From assembly GCA_944326795.1 (NCBI GenBank), contig CALVFJ010000001.1, forward strand, positions 16,795 through 80,794: a DNA stretch of 64,000 nucleotides, written 5' to 3'. Positions 1-9,266 of the stretch are shown piece by piece. The notes under the pieces are model-generated. The model searched no databases, was not told the origin of the DNA, and worked only from the letters and a program-made list of their open reading frames with translations. Both the position numbers and the translations under genes were made by a program. Source of the stretch: an uncultured Erysipelotrichaceae bacterium (GTDB lineage Bacteria > Bacillota_I > Bacilli_A > Erysipelotrichales > Erysipelotrichaceae). Numbering within the stretch: the stretch's first letter is position 1; each line of letters opens with the position of its first letter.

Positions 1-1
1 T

Positions 2-232
2 TATCAAGCTTTTGCTAATCGCAGTGATATGCGTGGCGGTTCAACCTTAGGAAATATTTCGAATGCTCAGGTTTCGCTGCATTGTGTAGATGTTGGCATC
101 GCGCAATTAGCTATGCATTCTAGCTATGAATGTGCAGGGGCAAAAGATAGCGATCATATGCTGAAAGTTATTACTTTATATTATAATAGCGAGCTACAGC
201 TTAATGGCAGCGACGAGTTCGTGATAAGATAG
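2..232 (+). CDS. M18-family aminopeptidase, C-terminal fragment (5' end outside window)
   Basis: The frame is open from the window edge. GSTLGNIS...VDVGIAQLAMHSSYE resembles the conserved C-terminal GST(I/L)G / D(I/V)G.PQL.MHS block of M18 aminopeptidases. Stop at 230-232. Confidence 0.55.
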   Translation, partial: YQAFANRSDMRGGSTLGNISNAQVSLHCVDVGIAQLAMHSSYECAGAKDSDHMLKVITLYYNSELQLNGSDEFVIR

Positions 233-260
233 GTTCCCGTTATAAAGGGAATCTTTTTTT
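232..260. terminator. Hairpin plus T-run between convergent genes
   Basis: GGTTCCC-N8-GGGAATC stem (one G.U pair) followed by T7 at 254-260. Confidence 0.5.
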
Positions 261-261
261 A

Positions 262-1026
262 TTATTCTATTGCGCCGATATCACATTCTATACAAATGTA
301 TATTTGATCGCTGGCACTGTCTTTGCAGGCAATTTGGTAGAGCATGATATCCCCGCAAAGGGCATATCCTTCATCATTCATTTGCGCAAGGATAGGCTTT
401 AATTCTTGGTAATTGATGATGTGATTATTGCTGACGACTTTTATCGTTTGCCAATATCTATGTTTAGGAATGGTAATTACTTCAATGTCTGGATCATCAA
501 GCTTTTTGGTTGAATGCATTCCTTGATTCTTGGGATAATGTTCAAGCATAAGTTGATCGTGGGGAATCAAAAAAACGGTCTTTGCGGCTCCGGAAGAATG
601 GTATAACAATTTGTATAAGCTCATAGCATTCTCGTCATGACGAGGATAAAAATAGGAGCGTGGACAAATGCCAATCGATGATTTTTGATTATCGTTCATC
701 ATTTTGATCAATTTTTCAAAATGCATGGCATTGTCTAAACGGGCCATGGCCCATTCTGCTTCCATCTTAAGCTTATTGACAGCTTGATCAATTTCTTTAA
801 GTGCTAATTGGGGGTTTTCTTCTTTTATCAAAGCAGAAAGGGTTTTTAAAGACAAGCCGAGTTCGTTGTATTGTTTTACCATGACGATGGTATTGATGTC
901 GCTTTCAGAATATTCACGATAATTGTTTATGGAGTTTCTTTGTGGTTTGATAATTCCTAATTTTTCATAATAGCGCAGCATTTGATCGCTAACGCCGGTT
1001 AATAAACTTGCTTTTTTTATGTTCAT
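262..1026 (-). CDS. MerR-family transcriptional regulator with a C-terminal GyrI-like (BmrR-type) effector domain
   Basis: The N-terminal HTH MNIKKASLLTGVSDQMLRYYEKLGIIKP is classic MerR and is followed by a coiled-coil linker. The C-terminal ~150 aa (ITIPKHRYW...GYALCGDIMLYQI) look like a GyrI-like ligand-binding fold. I chose the ATG at 1026 (MNIKK) rather than the ORF-track start at 1083. Confidence 0.8.
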   Translation of the reverse strand: MNIKKASLLTGVSDQMLRYYEKLGIIKPQRNSINNYREYSESDINTIVMVKQYNELGLSLKTLSALIKEENPQLALKEIDQAVNKLKMEAEWAMARLDNAMHFEKLIKMMNDNQKSSIGICPRSYFYPRHDENAMSLYKLLYHSSGAAKTVFLIPHDQLMLEHYPKNQGMHSTKKLDDPDIEVITIPKHRYWQTIKVVSNNHIINYQELKPILAQMNDEGYALCGDIMLYQIACKDSASDQIYICIECDIGAIE

Positions 1027-1030
1027 GCTC

Positions 1031-1061
1031 TTGACCTTATAATAATTATAAGGTTTATTAT
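1031..1061 (+). promoter_or_regulatory. MerR-type promoter: TTGACC - 19 bp spacer - TATTAT, with a perfect dyad operator in the spacer
   Basis: -35 TTGACC at 1031-1036 and -10 TATTAT at 1056-1061, separated by 19 bp. ACCTTATAAT-A-ATTATAAGGT (1034-1054) is a perfect 10+1+10 palindrome. It lies between the divergent MerR gene and the reductase gene. Confidence 0.65.
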
Positions 1062-1101
1062 ATGACATAGTGATAAAAATCACAAGTAAAGAGGATTGAA
1101 A

Positions 1102-3318
1102 ATGAAGAAAGGAATGATTTTATTACTTTCTGCGGTATTGATGATTTCAATGACAGCTTGTTCATCACAAGATGATTCAAATACTTCGGCAATTTATACC
1201 GCAGGAACTTATACTGGTTCTTCTGCGGGGCATAGCGGTGATGTTATGGTAGAAGCGGTGTTTAGTGATTCTGCAATCGAAGCAGTTAAGATCGATGCCA
1301 GCAATGAAACCGAAAGTTATGGTGGAGCTGCTGTAGAAGAGCTTACTACCCAATTTTTAGATGCCCAAAGCGCAGATATCGATGGAGTTACCGGGGCTAC
1401 TGAGACTTCAGAAGCAGCTAAGCGTGCGATGCAGCAAGCCATCGATCAAGCGTTGGGAACTCAAAAGGAAACAGCTGAACTAACGGATGGAACATATACA
1501 GCTAAGGCATCTTCTTATGGTACTAAAGGACAGATGGAAGGCGAAGTTACGATCGAAGATGGCAAGATCAAAGATATCGTCATTACGTCAGAATCAGATT
1601 CGCAAACCGGTCAATGGTTCGGAGTTGCTCAAGAAAAATTGATTCCACGTATCATCGAAGCACAAAGCTTGGGCGTAGATTCGATCACAGGCGCTACAAC
1701 TTCCTCAGGTGCTATCAAATCGATCGTATCGCAAGCCATTGAGCAAGCAGGAGGAAATCCTGATGATTGGTATGGTAAGGTGGAAAAAGCTAGCGATAAG
1801 GTTACTTTGGAAGGCTACGATGTCATCGTTGTAGGTCTAGGTGGTTCGGGAATCTTATCTTATGCTGCTGCAGCTGATGAAGGTGCTGCGGTGTTTGGCA
1901 TTGAAGCAGCGGGAGAAATTGGTGGAAATTCTGTTTCGACCTATGGACCAATGGTAGTTAATTCTAAGAATTTAAACGAACTATATAATAATGGTGAAAA
2001 TAATATCGACGCTGATGAAGTATATCAAACCTGGATCGACTATGTTGAAAGTGAAGAAAAAGCTGATGTTATCTATCGCACGGTTTATGAAAACGGTGAG
2101 ATCATGGATTATTATATGGATAATTTTGATTTCTCTTTTGACGGAAAAGCATTTGGCGGAGAATCTGGCTTCTTGCCTTCATTTGTAAAACCTGAATGGG
2201 ATAAAGAATGGATCGTCTTTACTGCTGATGAAGATAATACCAAATGGTACGATCTTGGACCAGATAAATTATGGCAGTTCCAAAATGCTTTAGATAAGGC
2301 AAAAGCTATGAATGAAAAGAACGATTATATGGTAGAACTTACCGCTGATGAATTGATCTTTGATGAAGATGGCAATGTTGTTGGGGTTCATGCCGTTTAT
2401 CATGATGGTACGGAATATGAAATCTATGGTAAGACAGTTATCTTAGCAACCGGAGGTTTCTTAGGCAATGATGAAATGATGGAAGAAGTGTTTGGCAGCA
2501 CGATCCATGCGATTGGCGATACCGTAAATAAAGGTACGGGCATCGAAATGGGCCTTTCTGCTGGAGGCACGACCTATGCTTTGGATACTTTACCAATGAC
2601 CCATATTTCACAAATTCCTAATTTGATCAAAGATGATTCTTTAACGGCTGATGAAAAGACGGTCTTGACATCAATGGCTTTGACAACAGATGTCAGCGCC
2701 TTGAAAGAAGATGGATCTTTCTATCAAAACTTGGATGATACCGGAACTAGTGAAGGAGATAGCTCAGAGCTGACCGTAGGAATCGTATATGCACCGGGTT
2801 TCCATTATTATAATATTTATTCTCAGGAAGATATCGATAATATTCGAACCAATGGCTTAAGCGAAACGCAGGCAGCATCTGCACCGATTGCTTTGACATC
2901 AGGAGGTACAGTTCAAGCAGGGGAACCAATTGAAACGATCGATCATATCATGGAAGTCGGCATTGAAACCAAAAATGTTTATAAAGGAACAGCCTCAGAG
3001 CTTGCAGAACAGTTAGGCATGGATAAAGAAACGACAATTGCTTCATTGGGTGACGATGAAACGGTATATTATCTGGTAGAGTGTGCAGGTTATGCATATG
3101 GCACCGTTGGCGGATTAGATGTTGATGTTAACTGCAATGTTCTAAGAGAAGATGGCACGCCGATCGAAAATCTATTTGCAGTTGGCCAAGATTCAGAAGG
3201 TGTTGAAAATGTAGGTGGCAAGCCTTATACTCCTTGGGCTGGCCAAGCTCAGATGTGGATGTTCGTATCTGGCAAGATAGCTGGAGAAACAGCGGCTAAT
3301 GTTGCTTTGAACAATTAG
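1102..3318 (+). CDS. Extracytoplasmic lipoprotein flavoenzyme: 2x FMN_bind domains plus an FAD-dependent (fumarate/urocanate-reductase-like) reductase domain
   Basis: ATG at 1102 follows RBS AAAGAGGA. A lipoprotein-type signal ends in ..ISMTAC. There are two FMN_bind-like repeats with flavinylation-type motifs: DGVTGAT (1381-1401) and DSITGAT (1678-1698). These are followed by the Rossmann motif DVIVVGLGGSG and a C-terminal GGLDVD...LFAVGQD typical of FAD_binding_2 reductases. Confidence 0.8.
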   Translation: MKKGMILLLSAVLMISMTACSSQDDSNTSAIYTAGTYTGSSAGHSGDVMVEAVFSDSAIEAVKIDASNETESYGGAAVEELTTQFLDAQSADIDGVTGATETSEAAKRAMQQAIDQALGTQKETAELTDGTYTAKASSYGTKGQMEGEVTIEDGKIKDIVITSESDSQTGQWFGVAQEKLIPRIIEAQSLGVDSITGATTSSGAIKSIVSQAIEQAGGNPDDWYGKVEKASDKVTLEGYDVIVVGLGGSGILSYAAAADEGAAVFGIEAAGEIGGNSVSTYGPMVVNSKNLNELYNNGENNIDADEVYQTWIDYVESEEKADVIYRTVYENGEIMDYYMDNFDFSFDGKAFGGESGFLPSFVKPEWDKEWIVFTADEDNTKWYDLGPDKLWQFQNALDKAKAMNEKNDYMVELTADELIFDEDGNVVGVHAVYHDGTEYEIYGKTVILATGGFLGNDEMMEEVFGSTIHAIGDTVNKGTGIEMGLSAGGTTYALDTLPMTHISQIPNLIKDDSLTADEKTVLTSMALTTDVSALKEDGSFYQNLDDTGTSEGDSSELTVGIVYAPGFHYYNIYSQEDIDNIRTNGLSETQAASAPIALTSGGTVQAGEPIETIDHIMEVGIETKNVYKGTASELAEQLGMDKETTIASLGDDETVYYLVECAGYAYGTVGGLDVDVNCNVLREDGTPIENLFAVGQDSEGVENVGGKPYTPWAGQAQMWMFVSGKIAGETAANVALNN

Positions 3319-3327
3319 TTTCAAATT

Positions 3328-3366
3328 AAAAGATCTTTAAGTTTATTTGCTTAAAGATCTTTTTTA
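3328..3366. terminator. Bidirectional terminator (14-bp stem)
   Basis: AAAAGATCTTTAAG (3328-3341) pairs with CTTAAAGATCTTTT (3350-3363) and a T-run follows. It overlaps the 3' end of the convergent rlmA-like gene. Confidence 0.6.
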
Positions 3367-4133
3367 AATATATGGATGTTAAAATCATAAGTTACGATCA
3401 TCTGGGAAATATTATCTAGCTTTGCTGCATCATGACGGCTGGTTTTTAGATAATAAGGGGTCATCGTAAATAAATTTTTGATATCTTCGTTGGTTTCAAG
3501 GTTGATTTTGCCTTGAACCTTTTTTATTTCAAGCAAGTTTAGATGTTCAAAGTTAAATGTCGTTTCTTCGTTTTTGTATGGATCTTCATAAACAGCTTGT
3601 TTCAGCTCATATAAGTGATCGATACCGGGATTTATTAGGATAAAGATTCCGCCAGGTCTTAATAAGCGATTTATTTCATCGATGGCTACTGGAGCAAAGA
3701 TGGTCGTTATGCAATCGATCGTATGATCGTATAACGGAGCTTTAAAGATCGAAGCGATGATATATTGGGTTGCTTTATCTTGCTTGGCGGCGATGGTGAT
3801 CGCTTTTTTAGAAAGGTCGATACCACATTTATCGTTGATTGGAAAGTCTTTGGTATAGTAACCTTCACCACAGGCTAGGTCAACTAGATTCTGGGGGTTG
3901 TGGTCGCTTATTGTGTTGATGATGGCTTGTTTTAATGGCTGGTAATAACCTTTGTTCAAGAAATCACGGCGAGCTCTTGCCATCAGATCATTATCACCGT
4001 GATTGGTAGAATTAGTTATGAAAAGATTAAAATAACCGCTTTTGGCACGGTCAAAAGAATGATTGTTAGCACAAACCATCGTTTTATCTTTGATCACTAA
4101 TTCTTCGCTGCATATCGGACATTTGTATTTCAT
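3351..4133 (-). CDS. rlmA: 23S rRNA (guanine-N1)-methyltransferase, RlmA/RrmA family
   Basis: MKYKCPICSEEL...CANNHSFDRAKSGYFNL is the RlmA zinc-ribbon N-terminus. A SAM-binding motif LVDLACGEGYY is present. Start chosen at MKYKCP. Confidence 0.7.
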   Translation of the reverse strand: MKYKCPICSEELVIKDKTMVCANNHSFDRAKSGYFNLFITNSTNHGDNDLMARARRDFLNKGYYQPLKQAIINTISDHNPQNLVDLACGEGYYTKDFPINDKCGIDLSKKAITIAAKQDKATQYIIASIFKAPLYDHTIDCITTIFAPVAIDEINRLLRPGGIFILINPGIDHLYELKQAVYEDPYKNEETTFNFEHLNLLEIKKVQGKINLETNEDIKNLFTMTPYYLKTSRHDAAKLDNISQMIVTYDFNIHIFKKDL

Positions 4134-4182
4134 GGCAATATTATAAACTATTTTATGTATTTCTACCATGAAATATTATTGA

Positions 4183-4211
4183 TTGACAATCAGTCAGTCG
4201 TGTGCTAAATT
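4183..4211 (+). promoter_or_regulatory. Sigma-A-type promoter with overlapping dyads (candidate TetR autoregulatory operator)
   Basis: TTGACA (4183-4188), 17 bp, TAAATT (4206-4211). TGATTG-A-CAATCA and TGAC-N5-GTCA dyads overlap the -35 and spacer. Confidence 0.45.
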
Positions 4212-4239
4212 AAAGATACGATATAAGGTGGTGAATGAT

Positions 4240-4794
4240 TTGCGGGTAACAAAGGATAGTGAGGTAAGAAAAAATGAATTAATTGCTGCTGCTGAAAAGT
4301 TATTTAGTGCAAATGGCATCGCTAACACGGCAGTAAGTGCGATCGTCAAAGAAGTAAACGTTGCGCAAGGTTTATTTTATTACTATTTTAAATCAAAAGA
4401 TGATGTCATCGATGCCATCGTTGAAAAGTATGAAAAACAGTTTGCTCAGACCTTGAATAAAGATCTGATGATGAATTCATACGAAGAGGATCTGGATAAA
4501 TTTATTGCCAATGTTACCAAAGCCTTTAATGATCTATGGACTAATTTTGATGAAGATAAATTAGAAACCATCATCAACAAAAGCTTGAAGCAAACCAAAC
4601 AAGAAGCCAGTAAGATCTTTCAAGCTATCCTAGAAGAAGGGGTTGCGGAGGAAAAGATCGAACTGCAAGATCCTAAGATCTATGCTGATATCATCATCAG
4701 TGGGATCAGCGATCTGATCTACCAAGGTTTGACCCAAGCTAATCAGATCAAAGATGTAGTAGAAGAATTATTAGCTAATAAAAGGAGAGATTAA
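4240..4794 (+). CDS. TetR/AcrR-family transcriptional regulator
   Basis: The HTH region AAAEKLFSANGIANTAVSAIVKEVNVAQGLFYYYFKSKDDV is typical of TetR. The start is uncertain. I placed it at TTG 4240, 8 nt after AAGGTGG, because the ORF-track start 4183 lies inside the predicted -35. Confidence 0.7.
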   Translation: MRVTKDSEVRKNELIAAAEKLFSANGIANTAVSAIVKEVNVAQGLFYYYFKSKDDVIDAIVEKYEKQFAQTLNKDLMMNSYEEDLDKFIANVTKAFNDLWTNFDEDKLETIINKSLKQTKQEASKIFQAILEEGVAEEKIELQDPKIYADIIISGISDLIYQGLTQANQIKDVVEELLANKRRD

Positions 4795-4798
4795 AATT

Positions 4799-5095
4799 AT
4801 GGATGATCTACAAAAACAAATAGAAGAATTATTAGGGAAAACAGCTAAAGCGGTAAATGAAAGCGTAAATTATGTAGCCAATAAGGTTGATATCGAGAAA
4901 AATAAGATCGATATCAAATCGCAGATCGGCTATCATGAAAGAACTTTGCGTAAAGCGTATACCCGCTTAGGAGAAGCTTATTATCAAAGCTTAGAAGCAG
5001 GTGTTCCAATGGTTAATAATGAAGATCTATTGGAAGTAATCAAAACCAATAAAAAGGTCATACATTTATTGGAAGAACAGCTTAAGAACCTATAA
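4799..5095 (+). CDS. Small coiled-coil protein, function unknown
   Basis: 98-aa ORF with heptad-like charged sequence, tightly following the TetR gene (4-nt gap). I recognise no family. Confidence 0.5.
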   Translation: MDDLQKQIEELLGKTAKAVNESVNYVANKVDIEKNKIDIKSQIGYHERTLRKAYTRLGEAYYQSLEAGVPMVNNEDLLEVIKTNKKVIHLLEEQLKNL

Positions 5096-5103
5096 TCTGT
5101 TTA

Positions 5104-5139
5104 AACAGCTTTTGGATTTATTCAAAAGTTGTTTTTTTT
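5104..5139 (+). terminator. Rho-independent terminator
   Basis: AACAGCTTTTG / CAAAAGTTGTT stem (one G.U pair) followed by a T-run. Confidence 0.55.
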
Positions 5140-5173
5140 ATGCTAAAATAGGAAAGGAATTGAGGTAAGGAAT

Positions 5174-5857
5174 ATGTTTGAAATTAAGGATCTATATGAT
5201 TTGAGCCATACATTGGCAGCAAGTTATCTTGAGCAATTTACTTATCCTTGGGAAGCCTTAAAAGGAATCAAGGATATGATCATTGCTTTGCAACAAACTT
5301 TAGATTTGAATGAATATGAAGAAATCAGTGAGCAGGTATATGTGCATAAAACAGCCAAGATCGCACCTACGGCATTTATCGATAAGCCAACGATCATCGG
5401 AGCTAATACGGAAGTTAGGCATTGTGCGTTTATTCGCGGTGCTGCTTTGGTAGGAGAAAATTGTGTCATTGGCAATTCGGTAGAATTGAAGAATACGATC
5501 ATTTTTGATAATGTGCAGGTTCCGCATTATAACTATGTAGGAGATAGCATCCTAGGTTATAAGTCACATATGGGAGCTGGATCGATCACTTCTAATTTAA
5601 AATCTGATCGTTCACTGGTCGTATTGAAATATGAAGAAAATGGCATAAAAAAAGAAATGGCAACCAACGTCAAAAAATTTGGCGCAATGTTAGGCGATCA
5701 TGTTGAGGTTGGATGTAATGCGGTACTAAATCCTGGAACGGTCATTGGTCGTCATTCTAATGTTTATCCAACATCTTGTGTAAGAGGATTTATACCAGCT
5801 AACTCGATCGTAAAGGCTGCTAAAACAACGGTTGTAGCAAAAAAGGAGGAAAATTAA
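5174..5857 (+). CDS. Left-handed beta-helix (hexapeptide-repeat) protein, nucleotidyl/acyltransferase C-domain-like
   Basis: Repeated [LIV]G hexapeptide pattern (IIGANTEVRHCAFIRGAALVGENCVIGNSVELKNTIIFDNVQV...). No N-terminal nucleotidyltransferase domain. Confidence 0.6.
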   Translation: MFEIKDLYDLSHTLAASYLEQFTYPWEALKGIKDMIIALQQTLDLNEYEEISEQVYVHKTAKIAPTAFIDKPTIIGANTEVRHCAFIRGAALVGENCVIGNSVELKNTIIFDNVQVPHYNYVGDSILGYKSHMGAGSITSNLKSDRSLVVLKYEENGIKKEMATNVKKFGAMLGDHVEVGCNAVLNPGTVIGRHSNVYPTSCVRGFIPANSIVKAAKTTVVAKKEEN

Positions 5858-5859
5858 AG

Positions 5860-6303
5860 ATGAGCGAGATCAAAGGAAAGATTACCATGGAAAACGGAGC
5901 TGAAATTCCGTTTGTATTATATCCAGATGAAGCACCAATTACGGTAGCTAATTTTGTAAAACTAGTTAAGGAAGGCTACTATGACGGTAAGACCTTTCAC
6001 CGAGTGATCCCGGGCTTTGTTAGCCAAGGCGGTTGTCCTTATGGTAATGGTACGGGAGATCTTGGTTATACTATCAAGTGTGAATGTGATAAAAATGTTC
6101 ATAAGCATGTAGTGGGAACGATGAGCATGGCGCATCGCGGAAAAGATACCGGCTGCTGCCAATTTTTCATCTGTCATGAACCGCAGCCACATCTTGATGG
6201 CGTTCATACCGTTTTTGGTCAGGTAACAGACAATATGGGAGCTGTTAGAAACATGCATAATGGCGATGTGATGACCAAGGTGGAAATCTTAGATGAAGCA
6301 TAA
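5860..6303 (+). CDS. ppiB: Peptidyl-prolyl cis-trans isomerase, cyclophilin type
   Basis: FHRVIPGFVSQGG...GTMSMAH...QFFI...LDG.HTVFGQV cyclophilin signature blocks. Confidence 0.9.
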   Translation: MSEIKGKITMENGAEIPFVLYPDEAPITVANFVKLVKEGYYDGKTFHRVIPGFVSQGGCPYGNGTGDLGYTIKCECDKNVHKHVVGTMSMAHRGKDTGCCQFFICHEPQPHLDGVHTVFGQVTDNMGAVRNMHNGDVMTKVEILDEA

Positions 6304-7162
6304 TTTTTATAGTCCCAAGCAAATAATTGGTATCGTTTTAGGCTCTATTATCTTTGCTGCCAGCGTTAATCTTTTTATTACTCCTATGGGGCTGTATAAC
6401 GGTGGATTTATCGGCATATCACAGATCATTAGATCATGCTTGAGCATGTTTGCGGGTATATCTTTTAATTTTGATATTGCAGGTATCATCAATGTTTTTC
6501 TGAATATTCCATTATTTATCTTAAGTTATAACAAGATCAGCAAACGTTTTTTATTTGGAACCTTTTTGTCTTTGATCGTGCAGTCGTTGGCATTTTCTTT
6601 GGTGCCAATCCCAGTGATACCTTTGATCGAAGATATCATTGCGTCAATCGTTATCGGGGGGATCATTGGCGGTTTTGGCGTTGGGATGATCTTGTCTAGC
6701 AATGCAAGTGGAGGCGGACCAGATATCATTGGGGTCTATGCTGCTAGCAATTGGAAAAATTTTTCAGTGGGCAAGGTATTTTTGATCTTAAATGTCTTTG
6801 TTTATAGCTTGTGTGCTTATTTGTTTAATTTTGAAACAGCAGCTTATTCGATCATCTATGTAGCGATCTTTTCATATTTTACTGATAAGTGTCATAAACA
6901 AAATATCGATATGAACATGATGATCTTTACCAAGCATCCGGAAGTTAAAAAGATGGTAATGACCAAATATGGCCGTGGAGTAACATATTGGAAAGGACTG
7001 GGAGCCTATACTGACAGTGAAACGGAAGTATTGGTCATCGTATGTAATAAATTTGAAGTAGAAAGCATCCGCAAGGATATTGCGCAATGTGATGAACATG
7101 CCTTTATCATCGTTAATGAGGGAACTAAGGTCACCGGCGGATATGAGAAGAGGTTAGTCTGA
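6293..7162 (+). CDS. YitT-family membrane protein (DUF161 plus C-terminal DUF2179)
   Basis: Multiple TM helices with GGGPDIIG-type motifs. The C-terminal soluble domain reads GRGVTYWKGLGAYT...AFIIV. Confidence 0.8.
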   Translation: MKHNFYSPKQIIGIVLGSIIFAASVNLFITPMGLYNGGFIGISQIIRSCLSMFAGISFNFDIAGIINVFLNIPLFILSYNKISKRFLFGTFLSLIVQSLAFSLVPIPVIPLIEDIIASIVIGGIIGGFGVGMILSSNASGGGPDIIGVYAASNWKNFSVGKVFLILNVFVYSLCAYLFNFETAAYSIIYVAIFSYFTDKCHKQNIDMNMMIFTKHPEVKKMVMTKYGRGVTYWKGLGAYTDSETEVLVIVCNKFEVESIRKDIAQCDEHAFIIVNEGTKVTGGYEKRLV

Positions 7163-7866
7163 TGAAAACAGTATTATTGGATCTTGATGGAACATTATTA
7201 AAGATGGATGTCGAGCAATTTACTCGTTACTATTTTGGGTTATTGGCAAATTATTTTGCGGATGAATTTGATCCGAAGACCTTGGTGGAAGCTGTTACCA
7301 AAGGTACATATGCCATGATCAAAAATGATGGAACGATGAGCAATGCTGAACGTTTTGCTACTGTATTTAGACAGTATTTTGATGCAGATCCGGAAAATGA
7401 TAAATTTCATGAGTTTTATCGTACAGAATTTAAAAAAAGCATCAAGGCATGTATGATCGATGATGATGGTCGTCGCTTGGTCGATGCTTTGAAAGCCAGA
7501 GGATATCGCTTGATCTTGGCAACAAATCCTTTGTTTCCGCAAGAAGGAACCAAACAGCGCATGGGCTTTGTGAATTTAAAGTTAGATGATTTTGCAATGG
7601 TAACGACATATGAAAATTGTTGCTATTGTAAGCCGAACATTGCTTATTATCAAGAAATATTGGCTAAGATCGATGAAAAACCTGAAAACTGTGTTATGAT
7701 CGGCAACGATGTTGATGAAGATATGGTCGTTAAGCAATTAGGGATGAAAACGGTATTGCTTACGGATTGTTTGCTGAATAGGCACGATAAACCTTTGGGG
7801 TTTGATCATGTCATGACGATCAAAGAACTAATCGCTAAGCTTGAACAAACTGATTTTATATTATAA
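7162..7866 (+). CDS. HAD-superfamily hydrolase
   Basis: Motif I is LLDLDGTLL, with a later LATNP and a C-terminal GNDVDEDM motif. The start overlaps the upstream stop (ATGA). Confidence 0.75.
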   Translation: MKTVLLDLDGTLLKMDVEQFTRYYFGLLANYFADEFDPKTLVEAVTKGTYAMIKNDGTMSNAERFATVFRQYFDADPENDKFHEFYRTEFKKSIKACMIDDDGRRLVDALKARGYRLILATNPLFPQEGTKQRMGFVNLKLDDFAMVTTYENCCYCKPNIAYYQEILAKIDEKPENCVMIGNDVDEDMVVKQLGMKTVLLTDCLLNRHDKPLGFDHVMTIKELIAKLEQTDFIL

Positions 7867-7895
7867 AAAAGCACTGTGGCAACAGTGCTTTTGAT
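7867..7895. terminator. Bidirectional terminator
   Basis: AAAAGCACTGT-GGCA-ACAGTGCTTTT with flanking A and T runs, between convergent genes. Confidence 0.65.
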
Positions 7896-7902
7896 TTATA
7901 GT

Positions 7903-8814
7903 TTACTTGTCCTGAGGTGCTTTTACTACTTCAGCTAATGAGGCGATCGTACCAGCGATATCTTGGATGTTTGAAGGGATGATCAGCTTGGTAGCTTTGC
8001 CATCAGCAACTTTATTCAAGGTTTCAAAACCTTTGATCGTTAAGTAAGCTTTTGATGGATCAGCATCATTGATCATTTCGATACCACGAGCTTGGGCTTC
8101 AAATAATCTTTCCATTGCTTGTGCTTGACCTTCAGCTTCAGCGATCATCGCTTCTTTCTTAGCGGTCGCTCTTAGGATCATAGCTTCTTTCTCACCTTCA
8201 GCTGTTAAGATGGCTGAACGTTTTTCACCTTCGGCACGCAAGATAGATTCACGGCGTTCACGTTCGGCACGCATTTGTTTTTCCATTGATTCTTGGATGT
8301 CAGTAGGTGGAATGATGTTTTTTACTTCGACCCGTCCAACTTTGATGCCCCAAGGATCGGTGGCTTCATCCAAGATCGAACGCATCTTAGAATTGATGAT
8401 ATCTCTTGAGGTCAAGGTTTCATCCAATTCCAGATCACCGATGATGTTTCTTAAGGTCGTTGCCGTTAGGTTTTCTAAGGCAGCAATTGGTGATTCTACG
8501 CCATAAGTATATAATTTAGGATCGGTAATTTGAAAATATACGACCGTATCGATCTGCATCGTAACATTGTCTTCGGTAATAACAGGCTGCGGAGCAAAAT
8601 CTAAGACGATTTCTTTTAATGATACCTTACAGGCAACCCTATCGATAAAAGGTATCTTAAAATGAACGCCAACGCTCCAGGTCTTGTGATAGGCACCAAG
8701 TCTTTCGACGACATAGGCTTTGGCTTGTGGAACGATCTTGATACAGCTGGCAACGATGCCTAGTATCAAGGCGATGATGATGATCGTTAAGACAAAATTA
8801 AAGATATTTAACAT
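7903..8814 (-). CDS. SPFH/Band-7 (stomatin/prohibitin-like) membrane protein
   Basis: An N-terminal TM helix is followed by the SPFH core (VVERLG.YHKT...TEDNVTMQIDTVVYFQI) and a long Ala/Glu-rich coiled coil. Confidence 0.85.
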   Translation of the reverse strand: MLNIFNFVLTIIIIALILGIVASCIKIVPQAKAYVVERLGAYHKTWSVGVHFKIPFIDRVACKVSLKEIVLDFAPQPVITEDNVTMQIDTVVYFQITDPKLYTYGVESPIAALENLTATTLRNIIGDLELDETLTSRDIINSKMRSILDEATDPWGIKVGRVEVKNIIPPTDIQESMEKQMRAERERRESILRAEGEKRSAILTAEGEKEAMILRATAKKEAMIAEAEGQAQAMERLFEAQARGIEMINDADPSKAYLTIKGFETLNKVADGKATKLIIPSNIQDIAGTIASLAEVVKAPQDK

Positions 8815-8828
8815 TTTCTAATCCTCCA

Positions 8829-9254
8829 TTAAATTCTTTCAACTATCAGCTTTGCTCCTTCGATTGCTAATACCTTGATCGTGGTGCCTTTGGCGATCGG
8901 TTTATTATCAACAGAAATGCAATGCCATAGTACATTGTTTACTTTGACTTCACCCCAAGCGTCATTGGTTATTTCCTTGATCAACACGGCTTTTTTTCCA
9001 ATGGCGCGATCCGCGTTGGTGCTGATGATGTTTCCACGTAAATAATTGCTAGCTAGCGGTCTAACCATCATGATACAAATGATCGAAACGATGATAAAGA
9101 CGATCAGCTGAATGATATAGCTAGCATGCAGCTGATTGGCAATCAAGGCTGCAACAGCGCCAATGGCAAACCAGATGCTGACCAATTGGACTGCGGTTAA
9201 AAATTCTACAATTAGGCTAATAGCGAAAATGATGATCCATAGCCAGAAATACAT
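8829..9254 (-). CDS. NfeD-family membrane protein
   Basis: Three N-terminal TM helices plus a C-terminal OB-fold-like GEVKVNN..W...G..IKVLAIEGAKLIV. It shows the classic NfeD-upstream-of-SPFH pairing. Confidence 0.75.
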   Translation of the reverse strand: MYFWLWIIIFAISLIVEFLTAVQLVSIWFAIGAVAALIANQLHASYIIQLIVFIIVSIICIMMVRPLASNYLRGNIISTNADRAIGKKAVLIKEITNDAWGEVKVNNVLWHCISVDNKPIAKGTTIKVLAIEGAKLIVERI

Positions 9255-9266
9255 TATTTTATCCTC

